Below, piece by piece: positions 42,146 to 50,246 of a stretch of DNA of 64,000 nucleotides (positions are counted from its first letter, which is position 1; each line of letters starts with the position of its first letter). Source of the DNA: Mesorhizobium amorphae (GTDB lineage Bacteria > Pseudomonadota > Alphaproteobacteria > Rhizobiales > Rhizobiaceae); contig QFNI01000019.1 in NCBI GenBank assembly GCA_003240775.1, positions 671 to 64,670 on the forward strand. Direction: 5' to 3'. A model generated the notes under the pieces. That model did not search any database. It was not told the DNA's origin and worked only from the letters and a program-made list of their open reading frames with translations. The translations under genes and the position numbers were made by a program.

Positions 42146-42149
42146 CGTC

Positions 42150-42350
42150 TCACCCTTCCTCTTTTTGTGCGGACTCGGCCCGCTCGAGCCGGCTCAGGAG
42201 GTCGGCGAAGCGGTCGGGAACGGCATCGGAAACTCGATCCTCGTAATACTCCTTGAGCTTGCGGCCGATTTCGGAATGGTTGCCCAACGGATCGCCTTGG
42301 CCCGCAGCATCCGAGCTGTGCGGCCCGGCGGCGGTCTCATTGTCCTGCAT
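42150..42350 (-). CDS. nepR: Anti-sigma factor NepR
   Basis: IGRKLKEYY...VPDRFADLLSRLE, directly upstream of ecfG. Confidence 0.92.
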   Translation of the reverse strand: MQDNETAAGPHSSDAAGQGDPLGNHSEIGRKLKEYYEDRVSDAVPDRFADLLSRLERAESAQKEEG

Positions 42351-42544
42351 GATGCGTCTGCCCCAAACAACGTCTGCTTTCCCGAACGGCGCCTGTTCAG
42401 ACGCCGTTCAGCCGCGCCGGCCTAATGCAGCCGGCAGATGGTGCGGCACAAGCAACGATGCAATCCCCCGCCGCGCCATGTGCCACCCGAGAGACCGATG
42501 CCCGCTTCTGCTCCAGCGACCAACCGCACTCCCATTCGGATGCA

Positions 42545-42569
42545 AACGGGGAGCGGCGCAAAACGTTCC
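42545..42569 (-). promoter_or_regulatory. Sigma-EcfG promoter (nepR-ecfG)
   Basis: GGAAC-N16-CGTT. Confidence 0.85.
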
Positions 42570-42575
42570 ACGCAA

Positions 42576-42600
42576 GGAACGAAACTTCGCAGTGGACGTT
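42576..42600 (+). promoter_or_regulatory. Sigma-EcfG promoter (phyR)
   Basis: GGAAC-N16-CGTT, back-to-back with the nepR promoter. Confidence 0.85.
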
Positions 42601-42728
42601 TCGGGCTCGGTGAGGGGTTCGCGCGCATCGGAGTGGTGGCAGACCGCGCGTCCCTGCTTATATCGTCTTTGTTCAGGCCAGCGCCTCCCCGCGCCGGCCA
42701 TCACGTGTCTCGAGGGAGATTTCCACTC

Positions 42729-43523
42729 ATGGGTTTGTCCGCAACCATTGCGCCGCATCTTCCGTTTCTCCGGCGCTTCTCGCGGGCTCTGTCCGGTTCC
42801 CAGTCCAGCGGCGACGCGCTCGTGAGCGCGATGCTCGAGGTTCTGATCGCTGATCCCAGCGCCTTCCCGAAGGCGTCGAGCGATCGCATCGCGCTCTACA
42901 AGGTCTTCGCCAAGATGTTCTCCACGGTCGCCATCCGCGTGCCGCAGGAGATGCCGACGGCCATCTGGGAGCAGCGCGCCAAGGCCAACCTGTCCGCCCT
43001 CGCCCCCCGCGCCCGTCAAGCGTTCCTGCTGGTCGCCGTTGAGGGCTTCGACGAGACCGAGGCGGCCGAAATCCTCGATGTGGACGACAAGGAGTTCTCG
43101 CAGCTCCTGACCGATGCCAGCAACGAGATCTCCCGCCAGGTCGCGACCGATATCATGATCATCGAGGACGAGCCTCTGATCGCGATGGACATCGAGGAGA
43201 TGCTGGAAAGCCTCGGCCACCGCGTGGTGGGCGTCGCGCGCACGCATTCGGAAGCCACCGCGCTCTTCGCTAGCAGCAACCCCAAGATGGTGCTGGCCGA
43301 CATTCAGCTGGCCGACGGCTCCTCGGGCATCGATGCGGTGAACGAGATCCTTTCCACCGCGCCCGTTCCGGTGATCTTCATCACCGCATTCCCCGAGCGC
43401 CTGCTGACCGGCGAGCGCCCGGAGCCTGCCTTCCTCGTCACCAAGCCGTTCAATCCCGACATGGTGAAGGCCTTGATCAGCCAGGCCCTGTTCTTCGACA
43501 GTCAGGCCAAAGCAGCGGCCTGA
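42729..43523 (+). CDS. phyR: Anti-anti-sigma response regulator PhyR
   Basis: Sigma-like N-terminus (LPFLRRFSRALSGSQ) plus receiver (ADIQLADGSSG, FITAFPERLLTGERPEP). Confidence 0.96.
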   Translation: MGLSATIAPHLPFLRRFSRALSGSQSSGDALVSAMLEVLIADPSAFPKASSDRIALYKVFAKMFSTVAIRVPQEMPTAIWEQRAKANLSALAPRARQAFLLVAVEGFDETEAAEILDVDDKEFSQLLTDASNEISRQVATDIMIIEDEPLIAMDIEEMLESLGHRVVGVARTHSEATALFASSNPKMVLADIQLADGSSGIDAVNEILSTAPVPVIFITAFPERLLTGERPEPAFLVTKPFNPDMVKALISQALFFDSQAKAAA

Positions 43524-43584
43524 GGGCAACGGACTTCCATCTTCGCAGGGTCGCTTCAGGGCGGCCCTGTTTCTTTGCCGGGCC

Positions 43585-43609
43585 GGAACAAACGGGTTTT
43601 GCTCCCGTT
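43585..43609 (+). promoter_or_regulatory. Sigma-EcfG promoter (DUF1328-kinase)
   Basis: GGAAC-N16-CGTT. Confidence 0.8.
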
Positions 43610-43670
43610 TTGGCTCGATCCTTTCATCTGCCGGACTTTTCGATCCGCTGGATTCTGCAGGAGCATTGCC

Positions 43671-43835
43671 ATGCTGTACTGGGCGCTCGTCTTTTTGGTC
43701 GTGGCTGTGATCGCGGGTGCGCTGGGCCTGGGCGGCATCGCCGGCTCGTCAGCCGGCATTGCGCAGGTTCTTCTCTTCATCTTCCTAGCCTTCCTCGTGA
43801 TCTCGCTCGTCGCAAGCCTCACGCGGCGCGCCTGA
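43671..43835 (+). CDS. DUF1328 small membrane protein
   Basis: [32 protein letters not shown]. Confidence 0.9.
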   Translation: MLYWALVFLVVAVIAGALGLGGIAGSSAGIAQVLLFIFLAFLVISLVASLTRRA

Positions 43836-43849
43836 CCGCCTGACGGAGG

Positions 43850-44905
43850 ATGACCGCACCTTCCTATAGCGGGCTTGTGTCCGAGCGCGGACCGCCTCTT
43901 GGCGAGAGTTCCGAACATGCGGTTCTGGGCGTCGAGATCGGCGCCGTCACACCCGAGATGCGAGGGTTCGAGGAAGGCCTCGTGAGGGCCGTACGTCATG
44001 CGGGCGCTTCTGTGCTCGCACAGGGGCACGATCTCCGTATCCTCTGGACGGTCAATCTCCCCTCCCCCTGGAGGCGCGCCCGGCCAGGGATGCGCGAGAG
44101 CGAGTTCCTGCCGGAGAGCGAGGCTGCGAAGCTCGCCGAAGTGAAGCGGCGGGTGCTGGCCACCGGGCGCACCGAAAGCATCGATCTCGCCATCAACACG
44201 CGCTGGTTCGACATTTGGATCGACCCTTGCCTCGACGCGGCGGGCTCTATTGCCGGCGTCGTCACGACGATCGTTGACACCACCGAGCACCGCCAGCGCG
44301 AGCAGGTGCTGCGCACGCTCCTGCGCGAGGTCAGTCATCGCTCCAAGAACCTGCTCGCCATCATCCAGAGCGTTGCGGCTCAGACCGCACGCTATTCCGA
44401 CACGATCGAGCAGTTTCTCGAACGCTTTCGCGGTCGCTTGCAGTCCCTTGCCTCCTCGCAGGATCTCGTCACCCTGTCCAACTGGCGCGGTGCCGATTTG
44501 TCCGAGCTCGTGGCCGACCAGATCCGGCGTAGCGCGGTGGAGCCGCGCAACCGCATCCGCTTCACCGGCGTGAACCTGCACCTCAATCCCAATGCCGCCC
44601 TTCATATCGGGCTGGCCCTTCATGAGCTGACCACGAACTCGCTCAGCTATGGCGCCCTGTCGCAAGCCGAGGGGCAGATCGCCATCGACGCCAAGCTGGT
44701 GGAGACCGGCGGCGAGCGTCGTTTGCGCATCCTGTGGAACGAGAGTTTGACGGGGGCGAGCGAGGGAAGCCCCGAGAAGCGCTTCGGCAGCCTCGCGCTT
44801 GAACGTGTGGTGCCCACCTCCCTGCGCGGTCGCGCCGAGTGGCGGATAGGGGCACACGAAGTCACCTATGACCTGGTAGTCCCCGCAACGAGCGTGCTGT
44901 CCTGA
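43850..44905 (+). CDS. PAS HWE-family histidine kinase
   Basis: EVSHRSKN, HELTTNSLSYG and WNE; GGAGG RBS. Confidence 0.9.
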   Translation: MTAPSYSGLVSERGPPLGESSEHAVLGVEIGAVTPEMRGFEEGLVRAVRHAGASVLAQGHDLRILWTVNLPSPWRRARPGMRESEFLPESEAAKLAEVKRRVLATGRTESIDLAINTRWFDIWIDPCLDAAGSIAGVVTTIVDTTEHRQREQVLRTLLREVSHRSKNLLAIIQSVAAQTARYSDTIEQFLERFRGRLQSLASSQDLVTLSNWRGADLSELVADQIRRSAVEPRNRIRFTGVNLHLNPNAALHIGLALHELTTNSLSYGALSQAEGQIAIDAKLVETGGERRLRILWNESLTGASEGSPEKRFGSLALERVVPTSLRGRAEWRIGAHEVTYDLVVPATSVLS

Positions 44906-44948
44906 CGGGCTAAGCATCACTCTCCTTTTCTCGAAGGACAGCACAACG

Positions 44949-45071
44949 AAAAAGCCGGCCACGCAGGGCCGGCTTTCTGGTTTGGGTCGAGGGGGGGGGG
45001 GGTCGAGACCCAAGCCTCTGCAACGGCGCCGCGGGGGTGGGGGTGGGGGGCTGCGGCAGCCGCTTCATCGG
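44949..45071 (-). ncRNA. Candidate sigma-EcfG-dependent sRNA with C-rich loops (cuckoo/alpha-r14- or GsrN-like)
   Basis: Upstream GGAAC-N17-GTT; two hairpins with loops CCCCCCACCCCCACCCCC and C12; terminator GCCGGCC-loop-GGCCGGC-TTTTT. Confidence 0.7.
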
Positions 45072-45077
45072 CCAGAC

Positions 45078-45102
45078 AACTGCGACCCACAGCGATGGTT
45101 CC
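45078..45102 (-). promoter_or_regulatory. Sigma-EcfG promoter (sRNA candidate)
   Basis: GGAAC-N16-AGTT. Confidence 0.7.
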
Positions 45103-45143
45103 GACAAACCAAAAGAATCTCGGACGGCCCGCATTCAGCCTTC

Positions 45144-45168
45144 GGAACCCGCTCGGCAAGCAGTCGTT
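45144..45168 (+). promoter_or_regulatory. Sigma-EcfG promoter (small ORF 45195)
   Basis: GGAAC-N16-CGTT. Confidence 0.75.
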
Positions 45169-45194
45169 AACGGGTCATGGGAAGAGGATAGGCC

Positions 45195-45371
45195 ATGACC
45201 ATGGAAAGCCGCCACCTTGAAGATGCTGCCCGCCGTGGGATGGGTTCGCTGTCCTCCGACGATTTCAAGGCGGAGCGCAGCAATGGTTGGCTGACCGGCC
45301 ACTACACACGCATCGTCCTCTTTGCCTCTACCGTGGTGATGAGCGGCGCTCTCGGCTACGGCACATTCTGA
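45195..45371 (+). CDS. Small protein, 58 aa, with C-terminal hydrophobic segment (not in the ORF track)
   Basis: GAGGA RBS; MTMESRHLEDAARRGMGSLSSDDFKAERSNGWLTGHYTRIVLFASTVVMSGALGYGTF; consensus EcfG promoter upstream. Confidence 0.6.
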   Translation: MTMESRHLEDAARRGMGSLSSDDFKAERSNGWLTGHYTRIVLFASTVVMSGALGYGTF

Positions 45372-45401
45372 CATTGCCGGCGTACCTTTTGGATCAGTGC
45401 G

Positions 45402-45426
45402 AGAACAAAATTCCACTTCGCGCGTT
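45402..45426 (+). promoter_or_regulatory. Sigma-EcfG-like promoter (glycine-zipper lipoprotein)
   Basis: AGAAC-N16-CGTT (one mismatch). Confidence 0.55.
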
Positions 45427-45529
45427 GATGCGCGTGGTGTGAATGATCGCGCCTCAAAGGCATCTCGGTTGCAGGCCTTGGAAGGGGATTGCCGGGCTGC
45501 AGATTCTGATCCAAGCGAGGGAATGTCCC

Positions 45530-45784
45530 ATGAAGAAAATCATGCTTGCGCTGAGCCTGGTCGGCGCCACTGCCGTGACCGGTTGCACCACTGCCGAGCA
45601 GACTGCTGTTGCGGGCGCCGCCGGCGGCGCCGTGATCGGCGGCATTGCGGGTGACACGTCGGGTGCGCTGATTGGCGCCGGCGCCGGCGCGGTTGCCGGT
45701 TACCTGATCGGTCGCGCGGCCGAGCCCGGCCAGTGCCGCTATCGCGACCGTCGTTCGGGCCGCGTCTACACCGCGCGCTGCTGA
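45530..45784 (+). CDS. Glycine-zipper lipoprotein
   Basis: Lipobox VTGC, GAAGGAVIGG..GAGAGAVAG, C-terminal CRYRD...C. Confidence 0.85.
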   Translation: MKKIMLALSLVGATAVTGCTTAEQTAVAGAAGGAVIGGIAGDTSGALIGAGAGAVAGYLIGRAAEPGQCRYRDRRSGRVYTARC

Positions 45785-45803
45785 TCCCCGCCTCTCTCGA
45801 ATG

Positions 45804-45837
45804 GAAAAGGCCCCGTCATCCGGGGCCTTTTCTTTTT
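45804..45837. terminator. Bidirectional intrinsic terminator
   Basis: GAAAAGGCCCCG-loop-CGGGGCCTTTTCTTTTT. Confidence 0.8.
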
Positions 45838-45851
45838 GGGTTGTCCTTCCC

Positions 45852-46304
45852 TTATGCCCGCTCAGCAGTCTTGGACAGGAGATGCAAGGGTGGCAGCGAT
45901 GAGGGCCTGGTCTTGGGCGGCAGAAAGCGCCCGTCGTGGTAATGCGTGAGATATCCGCTGGCGCGAGGGCGCGCGAGGCGTTCATCCTTGAAGAAGGCGA
46001 GCGCATCGAGCCGCTGGCGGGCTGCCGTGACAACCGGGATCAGGCGTCGAAAGTTGCCAGGCTTGCCGATCTCCTCTGCCTCGTCCACGCCGTCGAGCTG
46101 CTCGGGCGAAACGCCGAAGAGTTCTCCCACGACCCGCAGGCCGCGCCCGGGACGGTCGATCATCATCGGCCCGCGGATGCCGCCGGCCACATACATAGGA
46201 AATGCCTCCACCGTTCGCCCCGGTCCCATATAGGCGGCATTGTGGAGCTTGGGGTGGAGTGGGAAGCCGCGCTTGAGCGTGCCGAAAACAAAAATGAGTT
46301 GCAT
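45852..46304 (-). CDS. Gamma-glutamylcyclotransferase (AIG2-like) family protein
   Basis: FVFGTLKRG and VVGELF..LD..E. Confidence 0.8.
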   Translation of the reverse strand: MQLIFVFGTLKRGFPLHPKLHNAAYMGPGRTVEAFPMYVAGGIRGPMMIDRPGRGLRVVGELFGVSPEQLDGVDEAEEIGKPGNFRRLIPVVTAARQRLDALAFFKDERLARPRASGYLTHYHDGRFLPPKTRPSSLPPLHLLSKTAERA

Positions 46305-46402
46305 GCAGCCAAGCTAGGGACGCTGCTCCCTATTTCCTCCCATCCTACGGCATTCACACGCGTCCGTGTCCACGCACCATCGACACGTGAAGACGAGAGG
46401 CG

Positions 46403-47089
46403 TCAGAGTTCCTGGATCGCGTAGCCCGCGCCGCGCACGGTGCGGATCTTGTCGGCCATGCCGTCGAGGTTGATCGCCTTGCGCAAGCGGCCGACATGAA
46501 CGTCCACGGTGCGCTCGTCGATGTCGAGCGTCTCGTCCCAGACCTTGTCGAGCAGCTGCCCGCGCGAGAACACCCGGCCGGGGTGGCGCATCATGAACTC
46601 CAGGAGCCGGAACTCGGTCGGACCGAGCTTCAGCTCCGTCGGCCCGCGCCAGGCCCGATGGGATTCGCGGTCGAGCACCATGTCGCCTGCGGTCAGAACG
46701 TTGGACAGGACCTGGGGCTTCGCCCGACGCAGCAGCGCCTTGACGCGTGCCACGAATTCCGGCGTGGAAAAGGGCTTCACCAGATAGTCGTCGGCGCCGG
46801 TCGAGAGGCCGCGCACGCGGTCGGCCTCTTCGCCGCGCGCGGTCAGCATGATGATGGGCAGGCTGCGCGTTTCGGCGCGCAGGCGCAGGCGGCGGCACAG
46901 CTCGATGCCGGAGACCTGGGGCAGCATCCAATCGAGCACCAGGAGATCGGGCACCTCCTCCTTCAGCCGGATGTCGGCTTCGTCGCCGCGCTCCACCACC
47001 TCCACCGCGAAACCCTCGGCTTCGAGGTTGTAGCGCAGGAGGAGCCCGAGCGTCTCCTCGTCTTCCACCACCATGATGCGCGCGTTCAT
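46403..47089 (-). CDS. phoB: Phosphate regulon response regulator
   Basis: LDWMLP, LTARGEEADRVRGL and ERTVDVHVGRLRK; follows phoU. Confidence 0.95.
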   Translation of the reverse strand: MNARIMVVEDEETLGLLLRYNLEAEGFAVEVVERGDEADIRLKEEVPDLLVLDWMLPQVSGIELCRRLRLRAETRSLPIIMLTARGEEADRVRGLSTGADDYLVKPFSTPEFVARVKALLRRAKPQVLSNVLTAGDMVLDRESHRAWRGPTELKLGPTEFRLLEFMMRHPGRVFSRGQLLDKVWDETLDIDERTVDVHVGRLRKAINLDGMADKIRTVRGAGYAIQEL

Positions 47090-47093
47090 GGGA

Positions 47094-47798
47094 TCAGGCC
47101 GCCGGCTGAGCCATGGTTTCGTCGCGCTTGGGGCGCTTGGCCGGCAGTTGCAGGCCGGTCGACACGTAGTAGGCGTTCTCGGCGATGTTGGTGACGTGAT
47201 CGCCGATGCGCTCCAGGTTCTTGGCACAGAACAGAAGATGCGTGCAGGTCGTGATCACGCGCGGGTCTTCCATCATGTAGGTGAGCAGCTCGCGGAAAAT
47301 CGCGGTGTAGCGGATGTCGATCTTCTCGTCCTCAACGCGCAGGGCTTCGAGCGCGTCGGCGTCACGCGCCACATAGTGGTCGAGCACCGCTCCCACGCTG
47401 TCGAGCACGAGCTGCGCCATGCTCTCGATGGAGGTGGCGAGCGTGCCCGAGATCGGCGTGCGGCCGACCGCGTTCACGCGCTTGGCCATGTTCTTGGCGA
47501 GATCGCCGATGCGTTCGAGATCGCCCGCCATGCGCAGCGCGCCGACCGCCGCGCGGAGGTCCTGCGCCATGGGCTGGCGCTTGGCGATCAGCGTGATCAC
47601 GCGGGCGTCGACATCGCGCTGCTGGGCGTCCATGGTGGCGTCTTCCGCCACCACACGCGACGCGAGCCGCTCATCCGCGCTCAGAAGCGCGTTGGTGGCA
47701 TCCTCCACCATGCGCTGCGCCAGAACCCCCATGTCGAGGATCAGGCGATCGATCTCTTCGAGTTCCTGGTCGAAGGAGGAAACTGTGTGCTCGCCCAT
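47094..47798 (-). CDS. phoU: Phosphate signalling protein
   Basis: RQPMAQDLR, LERIGD twice and TYMMEDPR. Confidence 0.96.
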   Translation of the reverse strand: MGEHTVSSFDQELEEIDRLILDMGVLAQRMVEDATNALLSADERLASRVVAEDATMDAQQRDVDARVITLIAKRQPMAQDLRAAVGALRMAGDLERIGDLAKNMAKRVNAVGRTPISGTLATSIESMAQLVLDSVGAVLDHYVARDADALEALRVEDEKIDIRYTAIFRELLTYMMEDPRVITTCTHLLFCAKNLERIGDHVTNIAENAYYVSTGLQLPAKRPKRDETMAQPAA

Positions 47799-47847
47799 CG
47801 TGGTGTCTCCTGGCGAAAGCGGGAAAGGGCGGGCTCCTCGGGAGCCC

Positions 47848-48669
47848 TCAGCCGTAGCGGCCGGTGATGTAGTCGCGCGTGCGCTTGTCGTCGGGGTTCG
47901 TGAACATCTTCTCGGTCGGGCCCTCCTCGACCAAGCGGCCCAGGTGGAACATGGCCGTGCGCTGCGACACGCGTGCCGCCTGCTGCATGGAGTGCGTCAC
48001 GATCACGATCGTGTAGTTCTGGCGAAGCTCGTCGATCAACTCCTCGACGCGGGCGGTGGCGATCGGGTCGAGTGCCGAGCAGGGCTCGTCCATCAGGATC
48101 ACTTCGGGGGAGACCGCGATGGCGCGCGCGATGCAAAGGCGCTGCTGCTGACCGCCCGAGAGGCCCGTTCCCGGCTCCTGCAGGCGATCCTTGACCTCGT
48201 TCCAGAGGCCGGCGCGCGTCAGGCTCTTCTCCACGATGGCGTCGAGCTCGGCACGGCCCGCGGCCAGGCCGTGGATGCGGGCGCCATAGGCCACGTTCTC
48301 GTAGATGGCCTTGGGGAACGGGTTGGGCTTCTGGAACACCATGCCCACGCGGGCGCGAAGTTCCACCACGTCGATCTTGGGATCGTAGATGTTTTCGCCG
48401 TCGAGCGTGATGTCGCCCGCGATCCGCGCGATCGGGATCGTGTCGTTCATGCGGTTCAGGCAGCGCAGGAAGGTGGACTTGCCGCAGCCGGACGGGCCGA
48501 TCAGCGCGGTCACCTGACGCTCACCCATGTCGAGATCGACGTCGAACAGCGCCTGCTTGGCCCCGTAGAACACGTTGACCTTGCGGCCCATCATCTTGGC
48601 CTTGACGGGAAGTGCCGTGGTCTCGACGGGGGAAAGCGTTTCAGCGGATTGCATCAGCATGGTTTCCAT
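47848..48669 (-). CDS. pstB: Phosphate ABC transporter ATPase
   Basis: [28 protein letters not shown] and YITGRYG. Confidence 0.96.
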   Translation of the reverse strand: METMLMQSAETLSPVETTALPVKAKMMGRKVNVFYGAKQALFDVDLDMGERQVTALIGPSGCGKSTFLRCLNRMNDTIPIARIAGDITLDGENIYDPKIDVVELRARVGMVFQKPNPFPKAIYENVAYGARIHGLAAGRAELDAIVEKSLTRAGLWNEVKDRLQEPGTGLSGGQQQRLCIARAIAVSPEVILMDEPCSALDPIATARVEELIDELRQNYTIVIVTHSMQQAARVSQRTAMFHLGRLVEEGPTEKMFTNPDDKRTRDYITGRYG

Positions 48670-48674
48670 TCTTT

Positions 48675-50246
48675 CTACCAGCGCCGCTCGAAGCGCTTGC
48701 GCAGGATGATCGCCAGCGCGTTCATCACGATCAGGAATAGCAGGAGCACGAGGATCGCGGCAGAGGTGCGATGGCTGAAGGCCTGCTCGGGGAAATCGGC
48801 CCACATGTAGATCTGCACGGGCAGAAGGGTCGCCGGATCGGTGAAGCCGCCGGGCACGTCCACGATGAAGGCGACCATGCCGATCATCAGAAGCGGCGCG
48901 GTCTCGCCCAGCGCATGTGCCATGCCGAGGATGGTTCCCGTCATGATGCCGGGCATGGCGAGCGGCAGCACATGGTGGAACACCGTCTGCACATGGCTCG
49001 CGCCCACACCCAGCGCACCCTCGCGGATCGAGGGAGGCACGGCGCGGAGTGCTGCGCGCGAGGCGATGATGATGATCGGCAGCGTCATCAGGGCCAGCAC
49101 GATGCCGCCCACCACGGGGGCGGAGCGCGGCATGCTGAAGGCATTGAGGAACACCGCGAGGCCCAGAAGACCGAACACGATCGATGGCACGGCGGCCAGG
49201 TTGTTGATGTTGACCTCGATGAAGGTAGTCAGCCGGTTCTTGGGCGCGAACTCCTCGAGATAGATGGCTGCCGCCACACCGATCGGGAAAGTCAGCGCGA
49301 GCGTCACCGCAAGCGTCAGGATGGAACCGACGACGGCACCCCATACGCCCGCGAGTTCGGGCTCGCGGCTCGCCGTTCCGAACAGGAACTGCGTGTTGAA
49401 GGTGGACTCGATCCGACCCTGGTTCGCCAGCGTGTCGAGCATGGCGATCGTGCGGTCGTTGAGGCGGCGGTTGCCCTCGGGGGTGGACAGCACGCGCAGC
49501 ACGCCCTCGCCCGCTGTAGCGCTGGGCTCTTCGAGCACGGTGCCTGCCGCCACATTCCCGGGGCCGACGCTCGAAAGCTTGATGACGCCGCCGTTGAATT
49601 CGAGAAGCAGCGAACCCTGGCCGGAACCGAGCGTGAGTTCGCCCGCTTCGTTCTTACTCGCCCGCGCATTGGTGGCAGCGAGCTCCACCGTGTTGTCGGG
49701 GAAGGAGAGCGTCACATCGCCCGTGGTGCCGGACGCCTGGACATTGCCAGAAAGCTGCTGGCGGGTGCCCTCGCCTGCGATCAGGCCCTTGAAATAAAGG
49801 TCCGACACGTCGTCGAGCAGCACTTCGCGAGTGACGGTGCCGCCGAGCGCCACGCGTCCGTCAAGCACATCGCGCTTGAGCAACGGGCCCGCACCCGAGG
49901 AAACGAGCCCACGCAGGGCACGCCGGTCCTGACGGCTGGTGGCGGACGGGACGGCCGCTGCGAGCGCGTCGAAGATCGGCGTGTCGAAATTGGCGCCCGC
50001 CACGTTGGCAGGGTCGATCTGCGCAGCCGACAGGTCGACCTCAAGCGTCACATAATTGGCGCGCAGGGCAGGCCACGCGCCGGTCACGACCGACGACAGG
50101 AGCGCGACCAGAAAGAGGCCGGCAAGGATGACGGCGCCCGCGCCCATCCACTTGAAGCGACGCTCGGCGGCGTAGCGCTTGGCGATCCTGCTCTTGGCAG
50201 CTGCGCGGACGGGCGATACCGCGCCGGGGGAAACGAGGTCAGTCAT
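48675..50246 (-). CDS. pstA: Phosphate ABC transporter permease with large periplasmic domain
   Basis: [22 protein letters not shown] and GETAPL. Confidence 0.94.
   Translation of the reverse strand: MTDLVSPGAVSPVRAAAKSRIAKRYAAERRFKWMGAGAVILAGLFLVALLSSVVTGAWPALRANYVTLEVDLSAAQIDPANVAGANFDTPIFDALAAAVPSATSRQDRRALRGLVSSGAGPLLKRDVLDGRVALGGTVTREVLLDDVSDLYFKGLIAGEGTRQQLSGNVQASGTTGDVTLSFPDNTVELAATNARASKNEAGELTLGSGQGSLLLEFNGGVIKLSSVGPGNVAAGTVLEEPSATAGEGVLRVLSTPEGNRRLNDRTIAMLDTLANQGRIESTFNTQFLFGTASREPELAGVWGAVVGSILTLAVTLALTFPIGVAAAIYLEEFAPKNRLTTFIEVNINNLAAVPSIVFGLLGLAVFLNAFSMPRSAPVVGGIVLALMTLPIIIIASRAALRAVPPSIREGALGVGASHVQTVFHHVLPLAMPGIMTGTILGMAHALGETAPLLMIGMVAFIVDVPGGFTDPATLLPVQIYMWADFPEQAFSHRTSAAILVLLLFLIVMNALAIILRKRFERRW

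Noticed and set aside
44991..45050. Poly-G tracts as a phase-variation site, G-quadruplex or assembly artefact
   Set aside because: The tracts are intergenic and each is flanked by complementary arms between a promoter and a terminator, so RNA loops explain them better. The exact G12 length may still be wrong.
45135..45416. 93-aa minus-strand ORF
   Set aside because: It is antisense to a plus-strand ORF that has an RBS and a consensus EcfG promoter, and it has no motif
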